Shown here piece after piece: positions 51,801 to 64,000 of a DNA stretch of 64,000 nt. The translations under genes and the position numbers were made by a program. Numbering within the stretch: the stretch's first letter is position 1; every line of letters begins with the position of its first letter. This stretch comes from Octopus vulgaris (Eukaryota), in the NCBI GenBank assembly GCA_951406725.2, contig OX597828.1, positions 4,340,001 through 4,404,000 of the forward strand. Reading direction: 5' to 3'. Under the pieces are notes generated by a model. That model did not search any database. It was not told where the DNA came from and worked only from the letters and a program-made list of their open reading frames with translations.

Positions 51801-52070
51801 CTGTTAAATATATGGTGATACTTATGATTATTAGGAAAGCTATTTTTGACTATGTTGAGAAAATCTTTTGCTAAGCCTTTAACATTTATATATATACAAA
51901 TTCGGTGTCTGTTGCGTTCCATTATTTGATAAGTAAAAGTATGTATGAACAAACGATGTCTCGTATACGGAATGTAAGAATGAACGGGAGACAAACAGAA
52001 GGTCAGTAATTCTTCATCAGTTATCGACCCATTGGTACTGTTCAGTTATGCACTTATCTATCATTATGTA
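48895..52070 (-). mobile_element. decayed Penelope-like element (RT thumb/linker plus GIY-YIG), split by a CR1-group LINE
   Basis: 51290-51900: FLNIVKNSFPNNHKYHHIFNRSTIKI..STLPNI..CTCK..SCRLEGRCRSFNVI; continues beyond the LINE at 48900-49010: VGNSINFNQRFLAHIHSF..NTTSLGTYIF. Confidence 0.75.
49011..51291 (+). mobile_element. 5'-truncated CR1-group (CR1/L2/Daphne-like) LINE with RT pseudogene
   Basis: SAVGPD, NYRPISLTS, DVIYLDFSKAFDRVDH, VPQGTVLGPLLF, FADD, YWDRLKALKLYSLQRRRER, FKRSLDTFL; (TATCTAAGTT)n tail; frameshifted. Confidence 0.9.
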
Positions 52071-52095
52071 TATACACACACACACACACACACAA

Positions 52096-52184
<89 letters not shown>

Positions 52185-52185
<1 letters not shown>

Positions 52186-52916
52186 TAGCTTGAGGTGACC
52201 CGCTCTACGCGCGGATGACGTTGTGGTTTTTACTTTCTGTTGCTTCCTTTCTATTTCTTGTTGCCACTTTCTCCCACTTTGTTTCTCTATCCTTTCTTAT
52301 TTTCTCAATTACTTACTCTTCCTTTCTCTCGGGCTTTCCCTCGCTTTCTCTTACTCTTTATCTTTCTCTATCTATCTCTCTGCTATTTATAAAAAAAAAT
52401 TAGATTTCCGCGTTTAAATTACAAATCCGCTTCCATCTTACCATGTTGAAAATTTGATAGAAATCGGGCAAAAGGTGTCCGATCTAGACCACCAAGTGTC
52501 CCTCAAAATCAATAAAATCCCAGTTTTCACACCAAAGCAACCACTGTAGCGCCACAAAACGTCTCCTAATCAATTTCCCCCCTCATGTTACACCTCCTGT
52601 AAATTTGAATTCCCTTCCATCCCCATTTAGACACCTTTTTACATAAAAATCCAATTTGTGTTTACGTTCGCCTTCTTCATTTTATAGATAAGGTTAGATG
52701 CCAATGGCGCCAATCTGGAGGGGCTTAGAGCCCCCTTTAATCTTCTCACCGCATCATTCCAGATGGTGAGTTTAACCAACTCAACTCTCTGCCTCATCAC
52801 GCCTTCTATGCCTGTGTCAGTTTTCAGCTCGATCTGACCTCTGGTGTGGCCGCCAAACTCTGACGTAGCAAAACATGCACACAGTTTTGACCCTAAGCCC
52901 CTTTTATATATATAGA
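52185..52916 (-). mobile_element. non-autonomous Helitron (~730 bp)
   Basis: minus strand starts A|TCTATATATATAAAAG and ends with a GC hairpin (ccgcgcgtagagcgg) then CTAG|T. Confidence 0.7.
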
Positions 52917-52917
52917 T

Positions 52918-53430
52918 AGCACAGAGAAACCCGGTCTTGCTCGGGATTAAAATAGTTTGTCATTTCGGTATTATAACTCCATTTCATTCGGATCTACGCG
53001 GGCCACACTTTAAAGATGAGAAATTTTGCCCTAGAGGCCACACCTTTCAATTGAGCAAACCCAAAGTTACCATGCAAAGTCGCCGGCACTTTTAACATAG
53101 GTGTGCAAATTATCAACTGAATCCTACCATATTTACTAACACTTTTGCCTGTATAACTGCTTGTGAGACAACATCTGCTCTTTTCACAAATATGTAGTAG
53201 ACCTACAGAACCCGACTTTACATGGGATTAAATGGCATAGTATTTCATTGTTTTACTTGTTTGGTTAATATAAGCTGATTACACTCGGGTGTAATCGGGC
53301 CACATTTTAAAAGATGAGGAATTTTGTCCTAGGGGTCACGCCTTTCATTTGAGGAAAAAATAGTTGCCATGCAAACTCGCCAGCACTTTTAACATAGGTG
53401 TGCATATTTTCAGCTCAACCGACCACATAA
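52918..53430. repeat. diverged ~280-bp tandem duplication, possibly Helitron-end related
   Basis: accc..gggattaaa, cgggccaca..aaagatgag, catgcaaa.tcgcc.gcacttttaacataggtgtgca each occur twice. Confidence 0.65.
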
Positions 53431-53704
53431 TGCACACATAATATATATATATATATATATATATACGCACATATATATATGTACATATATACGCATTATA
53501 TACAAATGTATACAAATTGTATATATATAAATACAGATATATACACTTTGTATATATACATTATATATACATATTTATATATAGATACAGACACACACAA
53601 ATTTTTTTTAACCCAATAAATATCTGATTCATAATATTTTTTGTGATGATTGTGTGTGGTGGTGGTGGCGATAATAAAACTTTCTATGAATGCAGACAGA
53701 CGTA

Positions 53705-53738
<34 letters not shown>

Positions 53739-54138
53739 AGGGAGGTGGTGGTAAAAAAGAGTGACAGCGCTGGCGAAGGCGGCGGGGGAAAGTAGTAGCT
53801 GTCAAACGTCATTATAGAGAGAATGAGATGGGAAGGAGAGAGAGATACGGAGAAAGACAGGCAGATAAGAGAATGAGAGAAGACTTGTCAAAGTGTGCGT
53901 TTTTTGCCCTAGTAACCATACCTTTTGAGATAGTGATTTCTAACCTGGCCCACTCACATCCTCACCTCATTTTACAAGTCCCTGTAAATGTTGGAGTCAA
54001 TCCGACGGGATCTAGTGCCCTTTCACCCGTTCCAATGCCAAAACCAGACAAACAAACAAGCTTTCTCATTTCAGATTTATATATATACATATATATATAT
54101 ATATATAAAAGAAGACAAAACACCACACCTCACTTTAA

Positions 54139-54182
<44 letters not shown>

Positions 54183-54199
54183 GACAAAACAAAACACCA

Positions 54200-54725
54200 T
54201 ACGTCACTTTAAATCACTCTCATATCTATCAACCCACAACCCCAGAAACAATGAGGCATACAACACAATTATACAAAATCTCCCACTGCTCATTCAAGAC
54301 TCGAAAATGAACAACATCCTAAATTCACATAATCTTCTCAAATGCAAAAGACAAAATAAATCACTCATGAGATTCCTAACAAATGCAAAACAATACTCAA
54401 TACATACGATACAAAAAGTTAAAAAGTGCAGGAGACCTAATTGTGCTACATACCGTGAAGGCTTCGAATTCACATTCCAGCAAGGAGTAAATTTCTCAGT
54501 TAAGACCAGCTTCACATGTGCTTCCCACAACCTTACCTATGTCCTAACTTGCTTTCCTCAACACAAGTAGATAGCCCTGAGAGAACATATGGACAGATGC
54601 GCAAGTAAGAAAACGTCGTATTTCCATATCTTTCCATTATATCAATGCCAAGTTGATATAATGAACGCCTAAACAAGGAAAACCTGTTCATACAAAAGTA
54701 CAGACCGCACCTTAATTTAGAAACT
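54200..54725 (+). mobile_element. Penelope-like element fragment (linker, Zn motif and GIY-YIG start)
   Basis: YLSTHNPRN..IIQNLPLL..KRQNKSL..LT..KKCRRPNCAT..FTCASHNLTYVLTC; later RLNKENLFIQKYRPHLN. Confidence 0.75.
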
Positions 54726-54759
54726 TGACCAGTTCAAAAATTATTCTGAGGAGTTAGTT

Positions 54760-54985
54760 GTCCTCCTTGTGTGTATTTATGAGCGAAAAACCTTAGCTCC
54801 ACGCGGGTCCGACAGAAGCCACTTTTTCGCCACAACTTTCTCTCTCACTCTTTCCTCATGCATCTTGCAGATCACCTGCGACGGACCGGCGACCCGTCCA
54901 GGTGGGGAACCTATACGCCAAGGAAACCGGAAAACTGGCCCTTATGAGCCAGGCGTGGCTTGAGAAGGAACATACAACAACGATA
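54760..54985 (+). mobile_element. partial SINE
   Basis: gagcgaaaaaccttagctccacg and ttttcgccacaactttctctc are shared with the 47689 SINE. Confidence 0.55.
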
Positions 54986-55013
54986 TAATGGTGGGGATAC
55001 AAACACAAACACG

Positions 55014-55044
<31 letters not shown>

Positions 55045-55057
55045 GTATATAAATGTA

Positions 55058-55105
<48 letters not shown>

Positions 55106-55200
55106 CATTTATATAGATATATATGCATACATATATATATGCATATGTACATGTACATTTCCATATTTTCTTCCTTTTTCCTTTCTTACCTCTATCAAAG

Positions 55201-55562
55201 ATGAGTGTTCTCAGCTTAGCCGCGTACTCTGATGACGCCACACATTGGTTTGCTCAATAGGATGCATATTTTTCCACGAGCAACTGAAACTTTTGTACTG
55301 TGGAATGCCTCTTCACCTCTTGTACTCTCAGTGAAGGATCTCATCACTGTCCCACATCTAGACGTGACTTACTCATCCATCAAATCCGAGGTTTTCCGTC
55401 GAAACACACAGTCTGCAGAGAGTAAATTTCGGACACTGGAGCAGGATGAACCCCTGGGAGATAGAACACCGTCTGAGTTTCTTCGTCGGTTGCGAGAACT
55501 CAGCGACACCTCACTAGAGGACAATCTTCTGCTAAGGAAATTGTTTTTCTCTCATCTACGGT
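55201..55562 (+). pseudogene. Gypsy/Ty3 LTR-retrotransposon gag fragment
   Basis: HWFAQ*DAYF; VKDLI..P...YSSIK.....R.......L...EPLGDRTPSEFLRRLREL......LLRKLFFSHL matches the LGDRxPSxFLR gag motif. Confidence 0.75.
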
Positions 55563-56030
55563 GGGGTGTGGGATACAATTTTTTTTCTTTATTTCTAGTG
55601 GGATATGGAATTGTGAAAATGCTTTTTTCGCTGCTAACAGACTACACCTATACTTAGCCAAACCAAACCAATCCCTCTAACCATGCATAATATGTTTGCT
55701 ACAACACAGCGCTATTCTAATACCCTAGTGTGGATATTTTTAAGGAAATATATAATTATGAGATATCAAAAATAAACTTCCGTTTTTTTTCCAATCGTCG
55801 GTAGGGCAATCATTTTTCTGGAAAGTTATAGTGAGGCCTGGGACAAAATATGCTGGGAATCACGGATTTAAAAAGATAACCATTTTTAACAACAACAACA
55901 ATAACAACAACAACAGCAACAACAACAACAACACCACCAACAACAACAACAACGACGACGACGACGACAACAACAATAATAACATCGAAAAATATATTCG
56001 GAATGAGAACCCAGGTTCGAAATTTCCCCA

Positions 56031-56078
56031 TGACATCTGAAGAAGGCTGGAGGGTATATCAGCCGAAACGTTGTGTTA
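56031..56078 (+). ncRNA. minimal type-I hammerhead ribozyme, canonical core (PLE-type)
   Basis: tgacat-CTGAAGA-a-ggctg-gagggtatat-cagcc-GAAA-cg-TT-gtgtta; AACGTT palindrome, GUU site. Confidence 0.7.
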
Positions 56079-56499
56079 ACAACAATCAAGATGAGGACAA
56101 ATATCCGTCGAATGTAAATAGAACTGCAGATTTTTCCAGTATCGTTCTAATTTATTTTTGTGGTGTGTGGTGTAGTATACAACAGCCTTATGTTGCAAGT
56201 GCAGAATGAACCTGCATGTGTGTGCTGTACTGGTCAGAGCAGTGTAACAACTATTACTCTGAAGTTTGGAACTTACGGTTTTACAGTCAGATTCATAGAT
56301 CAGTTTGGTCTCCCGCAGTTCGTTCTCGCCCTCCCATGTCAATAGGATGTAACCTATGAAGAAGATCTTGATTTTACTATTTTTGCCTTTATATATTCCA
56401 GTGTGAAGTGTTTTGCAATGCGTTTTACGAAAGTTTTTATGTACGTCGATTTGAACACGTAATAGATTGTGTGTGTTTATTTCGATCATGGGCATTGTC

Positions 56500-56785
56500 T
56501 AATGTATTTCTGTATTGTGTTTGTATCCATATTATTTTATAGCTTATTCCACTAGTCTGCTAGAAGATCAGTTGTTAATTAACGATGGAATATTTGTATA
56601 TATTTCGTACTCCTCTAGTACATTGTTTGTTGACTAGAATGTAAATGTTCTTTTGAGGACAAACTTTAGCACTGCCTTGCTGTAGTTGTGTGGGTATTCA
56701 TTGTCTCCATATGTTTTTGATTCTTCGGAGTACACACTTGTAATGTATCTAGAAAACGTTATCTGATTTGTATTATTGTCAATGT
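56500..56785 (-). mobile_element. decayed PLE GIY-YIG C-terminal relic
   Basis: minus strand ..NVLEEYEIY.. motif. Confidence 0.4.
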
Positions 56786-57015
56786 TATATCTTAGTACAG
56801 AGTCGTTTTCTAAGTCTTCCTTTCGTCTGTTTCCTATTGTGAATATATAGAACAGAGCAACAAGCTAATAAGAAAAATGAAAATTCTAAAAGAAAAAAAA
56901 AAGCATAAAACGTGAATACAGCCTTGTATTTAATGAAACGTGCAAAACTAAAATCTGTTTCCCTCATATAAGGTCATAAAATTGCATTGTGTGCGCTTGC
57001 GCGTGTATACGTATG

Positions 57016-57046
<31 letters not shown>

Positions 57047-57063
57047 CTGTGTGTGTGTGTGTG

Positions 57064-57303
57064 TGGCAATGACCCAATGTTTAGGGCAGCGGACTCGCGG
57101 TTGTAGGATCGCGGTTTCGATACCCAGACCGGGAGTTGTGAGTATTTATTGAGCGAAAACACCTAAAGCTCTCACTCTTTCTTCTGTTGGCCTGCTCGCT
57201 TAGCCAAGGGGTGGCGTCATTTGAAGGATAAAACAATGCGAATTGTGACCATCGATGTGCAGCAACATCTGATAGCCTGGTCGGTCACGGTGATCACGGT
57301 GAT
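57064..57303 (+). mobile_element. tRNA-derived SINE (internally deleted)
   Basis: paralogous to 47689-48000; followed by (TATG)n. Confidence 0.8.
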
Positions 57304-57477
57304 GTATGTATGTATGTATGTATGTATGTATGTATGTATGTATGTATGTATGTATGTATGTATGCATGCATGCATGCATGTATGCATGTATGTATGTATG
57401 TGTATACATACACACATACGCTTATCTGTATATATATGCATTCTGTCTTCACTTCTCTGGATCTTTCCTTCTCCTAT

Positions 57478-57512
57478 GTTTCCGACGAAGAGCTCCGCTC
57501 GAAACGTTAAGC
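57478..57512 (+). ncRNA. minimal hammerhead motif (C4 core variant)
   Basis: gttt-CCGACGA-a-gagc-tcc-gctc-GAAA-cg-TT-aagc. Confidence 0.5.
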
Positions 57513-57636
57513 CCTCCTCCTTTCCTGAGCGTCCAAAAATACTATATTTGTTCCACGTCCTCGCGCTGTTGTGTTTTTTGTGCTTTCATGTTTGGATTAA
57601 CTATATATATATAAAACTTTTGATTTTGTTTTTCAC

Positions 57637-57900
57637 GAGAAACTGAAAGAAGCCCGTCGTATATATGTATATATATATATGTTTGCGTGTGTGTGTTTGT
57701 GTGTCTGTGTTTGTCCCTCTACCATTGCTTGACAACCGATGCTAGTGTTTTTATGTCCCCGTTACTTAGCGGTTCGTCAAAAGCGACCGATAGAATAAGT
57801 ACTGGGCTTACAAAAGAATAAGTTCCGGGATCGAGTTGCTCGATTAAAGGCGGTAATCCAGCATGGCCGCAGACACATGACTGAAGCAAGTAAAAGAAAA
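57637..57900 (+). mobile_element. 3' half of a SINE (family of 17593)
   Basis: gaaactgaaagaagcccgtcgtatat..., gcggttcg.caaaag.gaccgatagaataagtact, ccagcatggccgcag. Confidence 0.75.
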
Positions 57901-58086
57901 TGAATGAAAGAAACGTTTTGAATATGCAAATAAAGCTGCTATTCTTTTAGGCCGACTACAATCTGATGATGTCGACTGGTGAACCAGTTTTGGGGGTTGT
58001 ATCGAAATGTACCGATATAATGTTGGATAAATATAGTAACTCAACCGACTACCGCACTGGTCAAACGTCCCTCTGGTAAACATTCA

Positions 58087-58244
58087 TTAATGTTATATCG
58101 CCTGAAGAAATAAATCCATGACGATGATCTACCCGATGCCCACGGGTATTAAGGACTGTAGTGTAATTATGTAATCATCCCAGAAAAGGGGTGGTGATAT
58201 TAACAGATATGTAATCTGTAGAAACGCACGTAGCGATGCATTAA
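58087..58244 (+). ncRNA. hammerhead-like motif with a 112-nt multi-hairpin insertion at stem II
   Basis: ttaatg-tta-tatcgc-CTGAAGA-[112 nt]-GAAA-cgcacg-TA-gcgatg-cattaa; 12-bp bulged stem I closes exactly on the core boxes. Confidence 0.45.
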
Positions 58245-58267
58245 ATGTTTATACATCCCAGCCAAGG

Positions 58268-58324
<57 letters not shown>

Positions 58325-60872
58325 GTCGTTGTTGCTGTTGTTGTTATTATTATTATTATTATTATATATATATATGTATGTATATATATATATAAATACA
58401 TTTATATTTGTGTGCGTGTGTAAATCTGTGTATTTGCTTGTGGAAAGAAACTAATCGCAATCGTTGTAGATGATTATGCTATGAAGAGGCAATGAGACTG
58501 ATTTACTGTTTACAACTTAATATGTTATAATAGCAGATCCATTCATCGTGTGGTCTATTGTTAACAAAAGTTTGAATAGATTGCTTACGCACATTAATGT
58601 CCCGCACATTAAAATGCATTATTGACTTCATTGTAGTCCGTGAAATGTGAGAGATTGTTTAGCATTAAGAATATCTGGTAGAAAAGAGAATTATGACGAG
58701 TAATTGAGGAGTTCAAGAAGAGAGTATTTAATGAAGTTGGCTTTTTGGTCACAAATTATGGTTGCTATAACGAAAACACATCTTTAACCAAAGTTAATAC
58801 ATCTTTCACTTTCCCTTCTCTTTCACTTTCTGCTCTCTACAAAGAAATAAAAAAAAATCGGTAATTAAGGAATACATTCGAAAACTGAGTTGCCGATGTT
58901 GATGTATGGAGTATCAAAAGACTCTGTATTCTTTCGGCTGACAAATAACTTTATTTTCATTTACAGGTTTGCATAACAAAAATTTAATATTATAATCTTT
59001 CTAAAATTCAACTATGCAAAACGACATTTTACATCACGACAACAACATCACATTTTCTATATGAGTGTACCTTAACAGACATCCATTTCTCTATATGTTT
59101 TGAAGAAATACAGACACTCGTTTTCTCTGTCACATGCTCACACGCACATACATACGAAAAATGATGTATGCATATGTATCTATGTACGTTCATACGAAAG
59201 ACAATATGTGTGTGACATAGAGAGAAAGAGAGAGAGAGAGAACGAGTGAGTGCCATGACTGCACACACATACACTTACTGTCTATCTCTCTCTCTCTCTC
59301 TCTCACTTTGACATACACATCCGCACGCATGCACACACTCTTACACACCTCCATTTCACCATTTCATATACACGTACATGCATATTTCTCCTCTCTTTCA
59401 GTTTCTGCTCTCAATTTAAAGCAAATGTAGCCTTTTCACTTTCTCCTCTCTTTCAGTTTCTGCTCTCTTCAAAGCATTAAAAAATACAGAAATTAACGAA
59501 CAATCATATGATCTCATATAATCAACCATATGATCGAGTTGACAACTTTTCTGTATCAGACAAAAGAATTCCATAAAATAACTTCCTTTGGTACACACAC
59601 ACACACATGCACGCACGAACGCATACACACACATGCACACACACACGCTCATTCTAGGTAAAATTTCTGTTTGAATTATGTTATTTCTTGCTATGTGCAC
59701 GAGCAAAATAGCAGCTTGAATCCAATTGAAATCACCTATTTCTATTTTGTCATCAGTGTATTTAAAAGCACGATCTTCAATATAAATTTAAAAGAGAATT
59801 CTCGCAGAAATCTTGTTCGTTGCCTGTTGTTTCTAGCATGTCCGAGGTGAAATTTGCGCCACCCCCCGATATAGTCTTAATTTTTTTTCCGATTCCTATG
59901 TTTTCAAAACGGGAGATTACAGTTTCGTCGAAAAGACACGTTCACAATATTTTAATTTTCTCCCTCTCCGTCCCAATTTCTTCATGTTTTCACCTTTTTC
60001 GAATTTTTTCCCACAGTAATCCTCAGAAAAAAGACAGAGTATGAATATTTAAGGATTTTCTTTTTTCCTTTTTCTTAAATAAACACTAAAACCTTCTCCC
60101 TTAGCACCCACCAATCGCCTCAACACTTTCAAAAAGCTACAAACTCCCAAAGTTTCCCTTTTATCTCTTTAATAAATGGAGAAATTTATTCAGAAATAAT
60201 GTCGTTTACCTGTTGTTTCTAGCATGTGGAGTTTTCTGGTTGTGCGCTGATATACCCAAGTTAAGCTTGAGTATATTTTGGTCATTATTTGGAGGTTTGT
60301 ATCATACATCCTGACTATTAATGTGCTTTTGATCACCTTTCTCTCTTTATTTGGCAAAACATATGTAGATAACTTTAGTTATATCTAGCTATAAGTTACA
60401 CCTACATCAGTTATATATACATATATATGAATCCAGATAGCTTCAGTTACATCTAGGGCACTTTTATATATCATTTTTTGTTTAAATTTCATTTGAAGGA
60501 ATCGAGAAAATTCAAAAGACATTAGTGCCGTAAAAAACATCGTCTGCTATATATTTGTCGCATTACAATATTTCAGAGAAAAAAACGCTGTATTCAATTT
60601 AGCTTACACACTGGTTTTACTTTCTAACTCCCTATTGTAGCATATGACTTTCTAACTCCCTATTTTCTGCTTCTATAAGTATGTGTCTTTTGAAAGTATT
60701 GAAAAGAATACCGGTATTTAAAAAAATGATAGCTAAATAATTTAACTGCCGTCTCTCTCTCTCACTCTCTCATAAAAGACACACATACTTTGCCGTATAT
60801 GTATTTATTTATGTACGTATATATGTATGTATCAATCTATACATGAATCTATACATGCATGAATACATTTAT

Positions 60873-60908
<36 letters not shown>

Positions 60909-61028
60909 ACACACATACATACACACTGTCACTCTTTCTCTCTCTCAAATCTCTTCATCTGTATGTTTAACTATCTACCTATGCATGTATGTATATATGT
61001 ATCTGTCTGTCTGTCTGTATCTCTCCCT

Positions 61029-61030
<2 letters not shown>

Positions 61031-61105
<75 letters not shown>

Positions 61106-61200
61106 TATATATGCATATATATACATGCATACATATATATATATGAGTCATTTAAATACGTACATATATATATATATATATACATATATGTATGTATTTA
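61031..61200. repeat. (TA)n microsatellite
   Basis: seen directly. Confidence 0.95.
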
Positions 61201-62664
61201 AATGACTCTTTTCAATCATTAGAATATCAAGAATATTGTATATATCTACCCAATAACACAATATTGGATATGATAGGTTGCCTTTCAACTGTAGCTTCTC
61301 GATATTACTTTACAAGAGATTATCAAAAGCAATAATTATGATTACATACCCATATAAATTCATTTATGCAGATTTATATCTACTCAAATGTCCTCAACAT
61401 AATGCAGCCAGACGAGAATAGCAGAGAAGTAAAATTTTTAGAATGAAAAAGAATTAATACACTATTGATTTTACGCAAATAGATGACAATATAAATTCAA
61501 GTTTCGTTATTATTCTCAAAATATTAAAACATTTTTTGAGTATTACTATTGAATTCTTTATGATCAATGTTTATGAAAGCAACTATGATGTAGCCATTTT
61601 TTACACAACCTGACAATATTTCTACGTATAGAAGAGTACAATAGATAGACTAATAGAACAAAAAAATAAAAAAATAATATAAGCTCCAAATCAGAATTTT
61701 ATATGAATACAAAAATTACTAATGCAACCATAATTACCAAATTAATATCAAATGATTGAATTACATGAATATATTTTAAAAAGATGTTTACATTATTACC
61801 ACTCAAACCTAAGAATAAATAGATTTGTATCTCAAGCGATATGTATCGGAGGAGAATCAAGATGTACTTCCAGCTTTGGTTCTGGCGTGCGAATAGAGAT
61901 AAAAGCGACTTTTACAAGTGAGTTAACAAAATTAATTTTGCAGAACTCTTCTTTGAAGAGTAAAGAAAATTTGCTTAGAAACTGTTTTTAATGTTATTTG
62001 AATATATCTAAGTATTTGAAGAAGAAAACGTTAAAGCAAATTATGCATGTGTTTGTTTGAGATAAACATATTTTATTTCAGTATTAAATATTATATGCAA
62101 TCTTATAACATGTGTGAGCTGATAACAGCATCATTTGTGTTCATATAAATTCAAAGGTCCGTTCATGGTTTTGAAAACAGATATACACAGGAAATATAAA
62201 CATGCGAATGAATAATTTAAATCGGAATATATGCATGAAAATATGCATAAAGTCGAAGGTAAACGATTTATACGAATGGAAAGTTCCGTTGAGAGATTTG
62301 CATTTATTATAATTCAAGAAGAATATTTCGCTAATGGCGCTGTAAATATATGAGCACCAAAATATTTTTACAACGACCATATAGTTTCCTGGACACGGTA
62401 TTTGTCTACATCAGTAATAATCTATATTTTCTAAATTCCTGAATATAATTTATTGCATTTTTTTCGTAGACTTTAAATACAAACTAGTGAGAATGACGAT
62501 AGCTTCTGAAAAAAATATTTTGTATAGATTGATATTTTTATAGTGAAAGATTGTGATCCATTTCAATTAAACTTTTGTTTTTTGTTCGATTATTTTAATG
62601 CACTCATACAGAGAGTGGTGAACACGTAATCGAGACAAAGCATTATATATACAAATACAAGCAT

Positions 62665-62905
62665 AGGTGGATACGAATGGCTTAGTGACAGAGCGTTGTT
62701 TTGATGATCGCAAGATTGTAGTTTCGATTCCCAGACCGGACAATGCATTATGTTTTGGAGCAAAACAATTCATTTCACGTTTTTCAATTCAACGCAGCTG
62801 GCAACAATGAATACTTTTGTGACGGGCCGGTGTCCCGCCAAGGGGGGAGAATTTTATGCCACATAATTCAGTACATGAGACTCAAGTTCCCAGGGATCGG
62901 GTAGA
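62665..62905 (+). mobile_element. decayed tRNA-derived SINE
   Basis: tggcttagtgacagagcgttg...gtttcgattcccagaccgg...catttcacgt. Confidence 0.55.
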
Positions 62906-64000
62906 ATATTTGATATTTTTTATTATATTCAAACACATGTGCTTAAGTATGTATTTAAATACAGAAAGAGAGTGCGTGAAAGACAGAAAGAGAGAGATGT
63001 CCAGATAGGTAACAGATGCATGTATATATATATGTATATATATATATATTCTATGAATATGTTTGCATTCTCAAAATATTTATCTGTATAGGATTAATGA
63101 GTCAATAGTAGTGTTTTGTATAACTGAATGGCATCCTGTATTTACTTGAAGTGTTTGCATTCAGCGCACTGTATATTCAAATGATATATCTCATACTTTC
63201 GACACTTTTAGCAATTTAAATAAGTGCGCGTATGTGAGTGTGTGTGAGTATGTGTGTGTGTTTTTGTGTCTGTGTCTATGTGTGTTTGAGTAAGATGTTA
63301 TCCAAGTCTTCAGAACATCAAGGAGCTAGATACAATGACCCATTTGCAACCATAGATCGAGCAAGGAATAACTAGAATCGGTCATAGAACACAACAGATT
63401 GACTAGTTATTATTATCCTCCAAAAGTCTGTTCAGTTCTAAATAATGTATCGGCTACAATTACGTTATCAAGTTTACCCAACAACAACCAATTTTCATCC
63501 TCCAGTTCATTTCCGTTGTTCAATTAAAACCGTGTTAGTTTAATTATCTGACAATTATTTGTATCAAATTTTTCCAATGTGATTTTACAGAATATTTAAA
63601 TTAAAATTTGAACTATTTTTTTCTTATCAGAATTATATGAAGTAAAAACTTATACAGGATTCTACGAGCAAAACAAACCGTTCATCTTACAAGAAATAAT
63701 GACTTAATCCCTCTCAAACACAATATTTCCTCTTTAACAGATACGTATTGAATTGTGTAATTTTCGATATAATAATTCTGAGTAGGAGACGCTATTGGCT
63801 ATTGGTGTAGTTTGAAATTATTCGAGCATAGATCTACGTGTTCACAGCTGATATGTCTAAACAAGCAATAACTACGCCAAGAAGAACTATTCGTTGAAAT
63901 TTCTAGCGCTACTTAACATATCTTCTTTAAAAAATATTACTCTGAATTATTGCTAGATGACCATAGACTGAGAAATTTAAGTTGTGAATTACATGTGTGT

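Noticed and set aside
52000-52030. Minus-strand CTGATGA in the PLE relic
   Set aside because: No GAAA box or stem II found nearby
55229-55300. CTGATGA...GAAAC as a hammerhead
   Set aside because: It lies within gag coding relic (YSDDATHWFAQ) and lacks correctly placed stems
57955-58030. CTGATGA...GAAA hammerhead candidate
   Set aside because: I could not place a UH site and stem I in register

Overview
Eukaryotic, AT-rich, microsatellite-dense DNA with no recognisable host gene exon; it is most likely intergenic or intronic. The SINE families, (TA)/(CA)/(TATG) load and LINE types suggest an Octopus or other coleoid cephalopod genome (my inference, not verified). Nearly all structure is mobile-element derived: tRNA-headed SINEs, two decayed mariners, a MITE, Helitron-type elements, CR1-group and RTE LINE pieces, a Gypsy gag relic, several Penelope-like element (PLE) relics and a near full-length Tx1/L1-clade LINE. 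Two signals stand out. (1) Two diverged ORF1-only ('half-LINE') Tx1/L1-type retroelements sit in tandem at the same nucleotide in the tRNA-like head of a SINE, with three copies of a 15-bp target-site duplication. (2) There are about ten minimal type-I hammerhead ribozyme motifs in PLE-like repeats. They include a triplicated variant with a compensatory G3:C8 core swap (GUGAACA), variants with greatly expanded stem II, and a ~356-bp tandem ribozyme repeat into which the Tx1 LINE inserted. All calls were made by eye, with no database searches or folding software.
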